From Macrostomum lignano (taxonomy: Eukaryota): a DNA stretch of 64,000 nucleotides. The notes under the pieces are model-generated. The model worked only from the letters and a program-made list of their open reading frames with translations. It was not told the DNA's origin and did not search any database. The stretch lies in the NCBI GenBank assembly GCA_002269645.1, contig NIVC01001761.1, positions 124,001 to 188,000 on the forward strand, given 5' to 3'. How positions within the stretch are numbered: position 1 is the stretch's first letter; every line of letters starts with the position of its first letter. This document shows positions 1-19,259 of this stretch, in pieces. A program made the translations under genes and the position numbers.

Positions 1-372
1 AGTGAAGGCTGACAGCCTCAAAATCTCACCCAGTGAAGGCTGACAGCCTCAAAATCTCACCCAGCGAAGGCTGACAGCCTCAAAATCTCACCTAGTGAAG
101 GCTGACAGCCTCAAAATCTCACCCAGTGAAGGCTGACAGCCTCAAAATCTCACCCAGTGAAGGCTGACAGCCTCAAAATCTCACCCAGTGAAGGCTGACA
201 GCCTCAAAATCTCACCCAGTGAAGGCTGACAGCCACAAAATCTCACCCAGTGAAGGCTGACAGCCTCAAAATCTCACCCAGTGAAGGCTGACAGCCTCAA
301 AATCTCACCCAGTGAAGGCTGACAGCCTCAAAATCTCACCTAGTGAAGGCTGACAGCCTCAAAATCTCACCC
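1..372. repeat. 31-bp minisatellite (AGTGAAGGCTGACAGCCTCAAAATCTCACCC), at least 12 copies, downstream of the Scm stop
   Basis: Direct inspection; truncated by the window start. Confidence 0.95.
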
Positions 373-419
373 TAGAATGCGACAGTCTCCTGAGCACCCT
401 GCACAGACGGGGGAACCCC

Positions 420-7903
<7,484 letters not shown>

Positions 7904-8814
7904 TCACTGCTCAGGTGAGAATAAGCTGATGCAGCTGTTGGGAGTCTGGACTCTCAGGTAGATATTGTCAATGGCATGGCAGACCTCTCCATCAAGAAAG
8001 TTTTGCAGCTTATATTTGGCAATCATTACCCGATGCTTATAATAGTAGTTTAAGTCTGCCAGACCTTGATATTTAGAAGAAAATTTTGGCTATAAATTGC
8101 CAACCAGGTTTGATAGCAAACAGCATTTCCACTAAGCTATGAAAATTGCCTGACCGAAAAAAGAACATCCGGCATACATATCCCCTGACTCAAGTAAAAA
8201 CATTATTAATTAGTAGCTTTCAATATCCATTTACTCATTTTTTAAGTGCTGGCCTATAAAGACAATATAAAAGTTCTTTGATTGATTTCAAAGATGTACA
8301 TAATTGCCTATGAAATTTTGCATGCAAAAAGCAATGTTAAAATATGGTGTTAATATTAAGGTTTGGGCTTAGTCTTAAACAATGATTAATAATATCATAG
8401 AAACACTGCAAAATAGATAAATCAAATCTTATACCAATGCTAAACTTCTTATCCTAAGTTAGGTTTTCTTAAGCTAAGTTTAGACCTTAGGCTTAAGGTA
8501 ATGAAAAAATTGTTTTAATTTTAATGTCAATACATAAAACAAATACTAGGCCTATCTAAATTAAGTAATAACTAACTTCCAGTAGTCTTTATCATCAATT
8601 TTAGCTTATAACTAAACTTAATTTTAACAAATCAATATATTTAAATAAAATATCTTTTAATAGTCATTAAAAATAGGCTAGTCATTTGCTTTTTATATAT
8701 AGTGACCAGGCTATATATAATTTTATATATTAAAATATATAAAATTATATTTTATATAATTTCCATTTTTATAAGTGTTTATTTTTGTTTTTCAAAGGTA
8801 TGTATATGCAAATT

Positions 8815-9082
8815 CATACATATGCGCAACTGCTGGCCAACCTGGCTGATCTGGCCACCGTAAATTGTGGTGGACCAGGGGTAAGTCACAAATATGCCTA
8901 GCCTAAAGAATACAGACGTAGTTTTAATTAGATGACGAGGCATTTAGGCCTTAAAAGACAGTTATAGTTACTCCTGCCGTTTACTCAAAATTGCATTAGG
9001 GTTTCTTTTACAGGTAAGTCGCATTTTTGGTCAAAAAGTAAGTCACATGGCCAGTGTAAATCAGGGGGGTTGCACATGTATG
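8815..9082. mobile_element. Short MITE-like copy of the same hAT family as 5422-7556
   Basis: Both ends homologous to the ends of 5422-7556 (GCGCAACTGCTGGCC...GGGGTAAGTC and ATAGTTACTCCTGCCGTTTAC...GTTGCACATGTATG). Degenerate TSD TGCAAATT/TGCAATTT. Confidence 0.8.
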
Positions 9083-10463
9083 TGCAATTTGTACACCAAG
9101 TATCATATAGTACAAATCATAGCAAGCCTTGCTAGCAAAATACAAAAAGTTAAAGAAAACTAGAAAAATTTTTGCATCAAGAGTAAATTTGCTTATATAT
9201 TAAAGTCTTCTAAATTGCAGATTAAATACTAATATCATTTTGGCTTTTATTTATTTTTAAAAGCCTTCTTTGATCCAATGTTAATTACATATATATAATA
9301 TAGCCCTGGCTGGCATTCTTGAATCATTTTTAATCAGCTTGATTGTGTTGATAGGCCTAGACTTAATGGTTAATGGTCTTAGCAAGAACTAATTAGTGTG
9401 TAAGAGCATAAGTCTGAGTGCTCAGACTTCCCTTGCCTCTAACTGAAATATTTTAAAATATGTTATTGTTCTTCTATGGCTCTAATGTTCTTCACTTTTA
9501 TGGCTCTATGTCTATTTCAAATATCAATGTGAGAGCCAAATAACTGAGGCAGCAGATTCAACTGACTTTTCCTGATGATGCAAACACTTGATAGTAACTT
9601 ACAGACCATTGTATTTGATGGTCACAATCTCGAGATGTTATCTTACAAAATATAATGTCTAAGATGGAATTCCAAATAAGAAGCTCGTTTTGTTCAAATT
9701 CCAAGGGATTTCTAAGTGTTTGGGTGAACTGAGGGTTCAGTCTATTGTGGAACGTGAGTTGGTTGTTGTTTTGGTTTTAGTGAGTCAATTTATCAGTTTT
9801 AGTATTTGGGTTAAGACTCTAACTGTGTCAATCAAAAGTAATCAGAGTAGGCATGTTAGAATAGCAAGAAGGAAAAAGAGAGGATGAAAGGGAGGCGAGG
9901 TGAGGCGAGACGAGCTTCTTGCTTGTTTAACATGGGTTTTTATAGTACTTTTCAGTCTTAATCGCATTGAATGGTACATAACTGCTTTTCATTAGTTGAG
10001 GTTGAGGTTGTGTCCTCAGCTTTTGCTAGTTGGAGCGCATTCATTGGTTAAAACACATTCAATCTGTATTAGAACTTTCTAGAGCCAAAATGTGTCACTT
10101 CATAACCAACTCATCCTTTTAGGCCATAGACACTCACAAGCATCAATGTCATGTTAGACAATATATCAGATTTCTATTCTTCAAAAATTTATACTTTTTG
10201 TTTAGCAATTCAGCCTTATACTTTTCAGTTAGCCAACTCCCTTTATCTACCATGCTTTTCCCCACAGACAATTCCAACTGTTATTTTACTACAGATATTT
10301 CAGCTAACCTGTTTGCTATGATAGTATAAATACAAGTTTAACTTGCAGTTTTTACACCAATCTGAAATAAAAAACTTAGAAACTTCAAATTATTAGGAAT
10401 TGTTAGGAATTATTAGAGATTAACAAAAGTTAAAATCAACATAGATTACAATTAATTCTTTCT

Positions 10464-10502
10464 ACCGACGCGTTTCGGACCAACAATGGCCATCTTCAGG
10501 GG
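10464..10502 (-). ncRNA. Minimal hammerhead-ribozyme motif of Penelope-like element type (probably a pseudo-LTR remnant)
   Basis: Minus strand reads CCC-CTGAAGA-T-GGCC-ATTGTT-GGTC-CGAAA-CGCGTC-GGT: catalytic boxes CUGANGA and GAAA, a 4-bp stem II, palindromic ACGCGT stem/loop III and a GUC cleavage triplet. Stem I is weak. Confidence 0.6.
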
Positions 10503-11774
10503 CTCTATAATAAAGAAGGCATATACTCTAGAAATTTCTGGGGTATACTCAAGAAATTTGACATATATGCTGGCCAAGAAAACTGATTTTGTGCTTTTAA
10601 TATATACATTTAATATTTTGATAATTATATACATTAAGGCAGTGACAATTTGTCTGGTACTGGATACAAAAGTGAAGTTATTTGTCCGCTACTGGATGAA
10701 TAACAGTAAAGTTATTTGTCTGGTACCAGCTAAGCTACATGAATTTATATGCCACTCTGCGCATCTTTTCTAGTAAGGTATACTAGCATGATGTCAGAGC
10801 ATCTTCCTGATGATCAGTCAGTAAGCTTACTAAGTTCAAATCTGTAGTGATGACTCTACTTTTTTATTGTAACAACCCCAAGTGTTATTGTAATAACTTT
10901 AAGTCCTTACTTTGACATTGTGTTATACAGCAGCAAATGTCATTATTAATTTGACTGTACTATGACTATTGTTTACTGCGAAACCAAAACATACCAATAT
11001 GTATAGAATGAAATATAATAAAGGTAAAAATCATACAAAACTTTTGGTATTTTACCTTTGGCTTTTGAGGGATTTTGCTGTGATCTATAAATCATGTGTT
11101 GTTGCAGTTCTTTAATTAAGATTAGTTAGGTGCCAATGCAGCAAAGCAATGACATTATAGCTTGCTACTTAACATAGGCCTAGTTGATTGATTAAATAAA
11201 TTTGAGCTTACATGTACATGTAGACAGTAGTTTATAGTTGCTATTATTCCACCTAAGAAACATGGAATGGTTATTCCATTTTTGAGAAACAGCACTATCT
11301 TATCAAAACAAATATTTTCTACTTCTAGTCTAGCCTTTTTTATTTTTTATTTATGTAGTTTTTATGGTGTAAGACCAAGATGGCCACACACCAAGATGGC
11401 CACAGCTGGGGTGGGGGTCATGGAAAATGACAGCTGGTTTACTTTTGGATAGCTTCGGGTGGGGAGATGTGGGGTTGCAATGGGGGGGGTTTAGACAGGC
11501 AGTCAAAATTTTATTAGTTTATTGCAGGGCTAAAGACAAAAATGGTTACGAGTCTTAATTTCCTACTTATAGTAGGCCCCTAAGAGGTGTAAACATATTT
11601 CGTATTAAACAAATCTCTTCTTCATATAAAATCTGGTGTAGCTTTTTTCCAGTTTCTCTTATTGGTCGAGACTAATTTACTTGTTTAAAGGGATAAAAAC
11701 TGGGTAAATTTCATGCCCTGTTCAAAATTCATCTGTCTCATTCACTGACAGCAGTCTAAGCACTTAGATACAAA

Positions 11775-11942
11775 ATGGCAGGCGCATATCCATGTGTAGT
11801 CTGTCTGCAGCCAGTTTGCGATGGACAAGAAGCAATTGAGTGTTCTCAATGCTTGAATTGGCAGCACCGTGCATGTGATAGTTGTGTCACAATCGATCAG
11901 TACTCTGCAATTCTAGTATTCTGCAATGAGAAATGTTGGTGA
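11775..11942 (+). pseudogene. PHD-finger mini-ORF/exon, probably transposon-derived
   Basis: CAAAATGG start; MAGAYPCVVCLQPVCDGQEAIECSQCLNWQHRACDSCVTIDQYSAILVFCNEKCW* has C4-H-C3 spacing. Ends on a TG|GTGAGT donor. Below the ORF-track length cut-off. Confidence 0.65.
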
Positions 11943-12074
11943 GTTTTTCTAGCTTTGCAATCAATGCAATAGACGGGCTCCTGCAGGTAACTTAGCAGTG
12001 TCTCAAGCTGCAAAGAGCTGTAAAAGCTGTGAAGGAGGGAGCAAAGCGCATGTTGTAACGAGATCAAAACGAGT

Positions 12075-12350
12075 TAAAAAAGCCAAAAAATCTGCACTTA
12101 CTTATTTGTACTGTACCCATTGCTATAATTTGCTTGAACTTTGTCAATGTCATCTATCCATGCCACCCATACCTTATTGCCATTTCAGATCATAACAAGT
12201 TAAAAAAGCCAAAAAATCCACACTTACTTATTTGTACTGCACCCATTGCTATAATTTGCTTGAACTTTGTCATCTATCCATGCCACCCGTACCTTATTGC
12301 CATTTCAGATCATGACGAGTTAAAAAAGCCAAAAAATCCGCACTTACTTA
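12075..12350. repeat. About 120-bp tandem duplication (2+ copies)
   Basis: TTAAAAAAGCCAAAAAATC recurs near 12075, 12200 and 12320. Confidence 0.8.
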
Positions 12351-12619
12351 GTTGCTGCACCCAATATAGCCCTGGAGCATATTTAAGAATCACCGTGCAC
12401 ATTTCTTGCCAGATATTACACTTTGTTTAACGCTCAAATTTGGGACAGGGGGGGGGGTTCATTGCCTCGCACTTACAGAGCAAACAGCCTTTACTTGGGC
12501 TAGTCACTGCATGTATGTGTGACTCAGTGCACTTCTGCCTCCGTAATTCATCATCATCCCATCATCCCCATCAAATAAATTTTCTCAGTTCTATAATCTT
12601 TAATGGCATGACACGGCCT

Positions 12620-12823
12620 TCACACATGGGGCTCCAAGGCCTCCATGCTCCTTCCAGTGATTTTTTTAGAATAGTCTTTGGCTCTTAGCAAAGACAGCGC
12701 ACTGCCCCTATCCACCAGAAGGTGGGTGGGCACATTCTTGATTGGATACTCTACAACAATATCTCTCCCGCGTTGCCTTCTAGCTGGCCTCAGCTGGTAC
12801 AAGTCGGGCACTTTTTCAAACAT
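12620..12823 (-). pseudogene. Degenerate retroviral-type aspartic protease fragment (LTR retrotransposon remnant)
   Basis: IVVEYPIKNVPTHLLVDRGSALSLL resembles the (V/L)DTGS active-site motif with T>R; followed by stops. Confidence 0.45.
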
Positions 12824-14174
12824 AGGCTTCTTTCCTATGTTTGCTATCTATCTTTTCTATCTTTCCTTCTTTCCTAAGGGGAGAGAGTGGAGACCAGAGA
12901 TAAATGAGAAGAGAGAACAAAGATGAAAGAGAAGAAAGGTGAGGGAAGATCGACGAGAGAAGATGGGAGAGAGGAGATAGGAAAGAGAAGATAGAGTTTC
13001 AAAGGATCCGAGGGACATAGAGAGAGACAGGAGGCCAGAGATTTTGCCAATACATGTTTTCGAAAGACAAGTTTTTGTTTGAGTATGACTTCAGATTTTA
13101 GAACTAGATATAAGCTGAGCTGAGAGAGAAGATAAAAGTAGAGGCTGAAAGTAGAGAGAGGCTGACAGTGGAGAGGCTGAGAATAGAGAGGTTGAGAGTA
13201 GATAGAGGCTGAGAGTAGAGAGGTTCAGAGTAGAGAGGCTAGTTCACGTTGTTCTCAAGCTAAGAGAACAAGCCAGGTGCTTTTAGTGCAGGGATTGGCA
13301 AACTTTTTACCTCGATTGAGAACCTAGCTCATGACTGCCCTTCTAGTCCGCTTCGTTGGCCCCCAAAGTGAAGCGAGGAGTCCTGATGACAGAGCGGGCC
13401 AGAGGTGAGGAGAGAGGGTAAGGAATAGAGAAGAGAAATACAAGCATAGGATAAAGGAGAGGCAAAGGAATAAAGGAGAAGAGAGTTGATGAGAGGAGAG
13501 ATTAAATACGAGCGGAGAGAGAGGAGAAGGGAGATTAATGGAGAGGAGAAAGGAGGAAAGGGAGAAGAGAATGAAGAGGAAAAGGAAGATGAGAGCAAAG
13601 AGGTGAGAAGAGAGGAGAGGGCAGAGATGAAAGAGAGAAAAGATGAGAGAAGAGGGCAGACATGAGAGAGAGAATAGATGAGAGAGAGGGCAAGAGATGA
13701 GAGGAGAGAGCAGAGATGAGAGAGAGAAAGATGATACAGGAGAGGGCAGAGATGAGAGAAGAGAGAGCAGAGATGAGAGAGAGAGAAAAGATTAGAGACG
13801 AGAGGGCAGAGATGACAAAGAAAAGATAAAAGACGAGAGTGCAGAGATGAGAGACAAGAGGGCACTCCAATTTTTGCTTACTTCTATCATAACTTCCTAA
13901 ATTCCTTTACCCTCTACCTTTAACTTTTAACATATACAAACAACACGTCAGTTTTAGTATATTGGGATAGGTTTGAAACTATTATCCATGATACAAAAAT
14001 CAAATATCTTGTGCTAGTAGTGCTACTAGCTTTAGTAGGTAATAATACCTGCTGTAAAGGGAAGTGTTTTTTTGTTTTACTTAGTCTAATTTCACTAACG
14101 AAATCTGTTTTCTCTGAGACTTGAAGCTATGTCATACCCCATCCCAATCACAGCCAATAGGAAATGAGGAAATA

Positions 14175-15917
14175 CGAGGGATGTTCCATAAGTACTTATA
14201 CTTTTGCATGCTGCTCAGGAACTACGCAACCAATCATTGTAAGTTTTATGTCGCTGGAAAGCGGCTTTACTCATCTTTAATCTGTCGCCAAAATCATTTC
14301 GTTCTGTCAACTATGTCAAAAGTTACAACAAAAAACGTAGTCAAAGGTCACCCATAGACTTACAAGAAATTTAAAGAGCAACAACTACAATGGCAAGCAT
14401 GAAAACAGAGGCGCGTTGTTGATGACAGAAAGTTTGACTTCTTTGTCACTCATCCTCAGTCGGTACCGACACCTTCTCAACGTAGTTTCCACCGGAGTTG
14501 ATGCACTTGGTCCACCTGTTAAACATGCTTTTGATGGCTTCTGCGTACAGCTGTCGGGGGATGACATACAGCAGAATTCTGCGGACTTCCTCCTCGATCT
14601 GGTTCCTGGTCTCGTACACGCGTCCTTTCAGATGGCGCTTCAACTCTGGAAATAAAGCAAAGTCTGCTGGTGCCAGGTCTGGAGAGTAAGGAGGGTGAGG
14701 TAGAAGATGGAGCTTCAGCTTGCTGATTGCCTCGACTGTCTTTTGTGCTGTATGAGGCCTTGCATTGTCATGATGAAGAATGAAAGGTCTGGGATTTTCA
14801 CGACGCTTGTTCTGGATGTCATGATGCAGCTTTGCAGCGTTTCAACGTAGCGCTCAGAGTTTATTGTAGTGTTTGGCTCCAAAAACTCGACAGTTAGAGG
14901 ACCATTGCAGTCGAAAAACAGAGACAGCATGATCTTCTTTCCATGTGCGTCCCTTTGAGCTTTTACCGGAGGATCAGAGCCCTTCAGCATCCAGACCTGG
15001 GAATCACGTTTCGTTGGTGGATCAAAATGGGGAATCCAGGTTTCATCTCCAGTGACTATCATTCGATGGAAGAGATCCCAACCACCGTATTCTTCCATCA
15101 TCCGAATATTGGCCTGACAAATCTGCTGCCTCTGCAGTCTCAAGTCCGAGGTGAGTAGGCGTGGCACCCAACGAGCAGTCAGCTTGACAAAGTCCATGCG
15201 CGACAAGCAGCGATGCACAGTTGTGCTCGGCGTGTCCAGTCTATCTGCAATCTGTCGAATCGTTAGACGACAATCTTCGTCCAGCAGATCAAGAATTCGA
15301 TCGGTGAGAGCATCAGAGCCTGATGTGCAGGGGCGGCCCGACCTCGGCAAATCAGCAACATTGGTCCTTCCTGCTTCGAACTGCTCAACCCAGTTGTAGA
15401 CGGTCATCCTGCTCACCGCATTAGCTCCATGAATGTTGCATAAATCTCTGATCGCTTTTTTCCGAGTTTCCAGAGGGTAAAAATTGCAGCGCGCTGTCCT
15501 TCCCTTGAGTTCACATCCATGGTGATGCAGCAGCAGCCAAGGTGGTGAAACTTTACAAGATTAAGATGCTGTGATCTTAAGATTAAGATGCTGTGAAAGC
15601 TTAGGCCAGTATTTTCCATAGACGAAAAGGGTGCGGCATTCGCTTATGAAGCAAAAAAGAATGCATTATGTAGAATCCGAAATAACTCTGCGTGCTGAAC
15701 TTTGAAGTTTTGATTTTGAAAATTTCTTGTAAGTCTATGGGTGACCTTTGACTACGTTTTTTGTTGTAACTTTTGACATAGTTGACAGAACGAAATGATT
15801 TTGGCGACAGATTAAAGATGAGTAAAGCCGCTTTCCAGCGACATAAAACTTACAATGATTGGTTGCGTAGTTCCTGAGCAGCATGCAAAAGTATAAGTAC
15901 TTATGGAACATCCCTCG
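14175..15917 (-). mobile_element. Mariner (DD34D) DNA transposon with 198-bp perfect terminal inverted repeats and TA TSD
   Basis: TIRs 14175-14372 and 15720-15917 appear identical by eye; TA at 14173-14174 and 15918-15919. Transposase motifs WVPRLL, TGDETW, HHDNARPH, YSPDLAPADF, with 34 residues between the second and third Asp. Confidence 0.95.
14446..15520 (-). pseudogene. Mariner transposase, about 358 aa when two 1-nt deletions are restored
   Basis: MDVNSREGQRAAIFTL... at 15520. Frameshifts near 15420 (CTAATG, expected CTAAATG) and near 14830 (CAAAGCTG, expected CAAAAGCTG). Ends NGGNYVEK-like (NSGGNYVEKVSVPTEDE*). Confidence 0.85.
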
Positions 15918-17101
15918 TATATAGACCTACTCCTATCCAAGTAGCCATTCAGAGCTGTGGCCATCTTGGTGTGTGGCCATCTTGGTCATGCGCCGTTTTT
16001 GTTATATATCTATATCTATACTATGCCAGACAAATAATTTCACTGTTATTTATCTGGTACTAGACAAATAAAATGAAATAACTTCACTTTTATTTATCTG
16101 GTACTGGACGAATAATAGTTACATTATTATTCATCCAATACTAGATGAATAGTCATTGCCCTGCACTAATTAGGATAAAAAAATTAGAAAAAATAAGTTG
16201 GCCTAAAAGTTCAATTAAAAATATAAAACTTAGTGTTCAGAAATACAACAAAAAAGGCATCTCAAAAAGAATTATTTAAAATAGTTTTATCCTAAAAAAC
16301 AAACAAAACAGCCAAAACTTAAAAATAGGCCTAATTGACACTTGATGTCAATGACAATACAATAGGCCTACTCCATACTCCATAGCTCCATATTATACAT
16401 TTGACCATAAATTAAAATGTCAGTGTCAACAAAATGGATGTCACGAAACTGTATATAGACCTAGTCTAGACACTAGACCTAGCTAGTGCAGGACAGCAGC
16501 AGCAGGCTAGGCCTATCTGCATCCTGCGGCCTGCCTGCTGCACTGCACTGTGAGTGTACTGCACTATTATTGGTATTGGCTGTCAAAACATGGAAATGTA
16601 AAATTATGTTGCTACAGTCTAGAGACATTAAATTATGCTTTTTATAGTGAATTAAGGCTTCAGTTAATGTTTGCCTACTTGCATTGCATGGTGGCTTTAA
16701 ATGGTAGCTGGCTTTGAGTCATATTTTGAGTCAGCGGGATGGCTCCTTAAATTGAAAGCAAAACATTTCTAATTTTGATATTTAGATATATTAAAACTTA
16801 CTTAAGAGAATAAAGAAACTTGTACGCTATATATTGTAGTAAAAAAGGCACAATTACTTACTCTCTTAAATAGTTTTGAGTAAAGTTAAAAAGGTGTTAT
16901 AGCTAGTTAATTTTTTCAAATTACATAAACTCTTAGAAAGCTGGGCTAAAGGATGCCAGTACATGAGTTGAGTAATGAAAGGTCCAGTCGTGCAATTGCA
17001 ATTGTAATTTTGCGTAAATCGTATTTAAATTAAAAAATTTACTTGTTCTATAGGGGTTTTGCTCACTTTGTCTATCACAAATGAAGGGAAGATGCAGCTT
17101 G

Positions 17102-17279
17102 CAGGGTTGGACCCAGAAATTTTTTTTTGGGGGGGGGGGCTGGAGAAACAACTACAATCCAATACTAGAAAATAGACCTTGCATAGTTATAGGCCGAAAA
17201 ATTATGGCCCAATTTTTTGGCCATGGCCCATGGCTGAGAGGTGGCATGGACCCCTTGGCCATCCTTGGATCTGCCCCTG
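17102..17279. mobile_element. Degenerate MITE with CAGGG(T/C)..GGA(C/T)C-type inverted ends
   Basis: CAGGGTTGGACCCAG ... TGGATCTGCCCCTG; no clear TSD. Confidence 0.4.
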
Positions 17280-17515
17280 TTGGCCTAAGCCACACTCTCA
17301 AATCTGTTACACAGTATGCAGGAAAATGCCACCCCCTATACCATAAATCCAAATTTATGCCAGACAAACAAATTTACTCATGATCTATACGCTGGACATT
17401 ATTAAAAAAGTGTTTCAACAATTAAGGACATTTTTGCATAATGACAATTGATAATACAAGAGAAGACCCTTTCTTGCATTACTTACATTTTGGTCTTTTG
17501 TATGCCAATAATAGT

Positions 17516-17921
17516 GGTAACTGGTTGTTTTGCCCATAAACCATTTTGGCCATGGACTTTTCGCCCCTTTACCATTTCGCCCACAGACTGTTTTACCCAT
17601 AGACCATTTTGGCCATGGACTGTTTTGCCTCTAATTTAAACCAGGGTTGAAATGAACAAAGTCATAAGCTGAGAATATGCAAGATGAGACAAATGTGCCA
17701 AGAGCACCGATATTTTATTATAAATTAAAACTAAAAAATTAGCATTGAAAAAAGAAAATAAAGATACATGTATAGCTGTATTTCTAAAATATATAATAAT
17801 CATTTTGGCCAAAATGCCCATAGCTGAACTGGTTGATAGATGAAACAGACTATTGGCAAAATGGTCTAGGGGAGAAATGTCCATGGCTAAAACAGTTTGG
17901 GGGCGAAACAACTGGAATTCC
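17516..17921. mobile_element. Degenerate MITE-like element with GTTTCGCCC-type inverted ends and GGCCAAAATG subterminal motifs
   Basis: GGTAACTGGTTGTTTTGCCC ... GGGCGAAACAACTGGAATTCC with internal inverted motifs. Confidence 0.45.
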
Positions 17922-19259
17922 TAATAGCTACACTATACACCGGCTCTAGGGCACTTTTTTCTAGAGGATTATTCTATATCAAATAATTTATCACTTTTTC
18001 TGACCATTTTTTCAGGTCTATTATACACTAGAATTTTTGCATATATGTAAGATTTGGGAGTGGGAGGCCTAAGAAGATAGACAATTTAGTTTGTAGGCCT
18101 AACTTTAAAGTATAATAAAGATCGATATAACTAAAAAAATCTTTAATTTCTTATTTCATCTTATGAATATCTTAAATGTTTTATAGCCCTCTATCTTAAA
18201 TAATTATGATATAAAAATATCATATCATATGGCCTAAGTATATACTTGTAATATATTGATTTAATGATTAGAATATAAATCTAGGCTAGCAATTATAGAT
18301 AGTCAGTAGGCCTAGTCAGTATTATATTGATTGGCCAAATATTTTTTTTGCATAAAATTCTAAAAACTAAAAATTAGTATCATTTTTAATCAATAAAAAT
18401 CACATATTGATCATTGTCCTTGAATTTATTTTAATGATTAAATAAAAATATAATATATTAAATTATCTAATAAGTTTTTTAAATGATCATTTTAAACCTA
18501 CACGATAGGCCTATGGGCTATGGCACTAAGGTGTAGCACTGATTAGAGCACAAGGGGATGGGGTGGTACTGAATCCATTGGCACTTATGGAAAAAATCTG
18601 ACCTAGCAGAATCATTGAATATCTGGAAGGTTGGCAAAGAGTCAAATATGGACACTTGATAAAACTTGGTGAAACATCTATTAGCTAGCTTAAATTAATT
18701 ATGTCTATTTAAGATTGCACAAGACACTGCATGAAGGCACTCTGCATATCATTTACCCAGAGCTAGAGAACAGACCTGGAGCTTACTAAGCTCACCTACT
18801 AGCTCCTCTAAGGTTGGAAATTCAGTTGCCAGCTGGCCCTTGGGGCTCATAAATCCAGTTGCCAATGGCTTTTTTTGGTTGACCATTGGCAACTAGCTAA
18901 ATTCTTGAGAATGGAGATTTCCAAGGCTATGTTTGAAAAGCAGACATTTGTTCTCTTAACTCTAAGATTGCTATCTATGCTGCAAATAATAACAAACTAA
19001 CAATTCCATTATATGATCATATCAATTCATGATCATATCATGATCATATCATATAATCATATCATGATCATGATCATGATCATTAATTGAACCCTCTAAT
19101 GGCACTTTTATTACAATTACAAAATCATTTTTTGAAGTTGCCAGATTAGCCTCTGATACCTAAAATCCAGTTGCCAATGAAATTTTCAAGGGGCCAAAAA
19201 ACCCCATATGGCCCAAAAAACCCAGCCTACTAGAAGAAATTCCAATCAAAATCCTTCAG

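Noticed and set aside
11939-11987. Possible second exon right after the PHD exon
   Set aside because: It would need a 14-nt intron, too short for spliceosomal removal.
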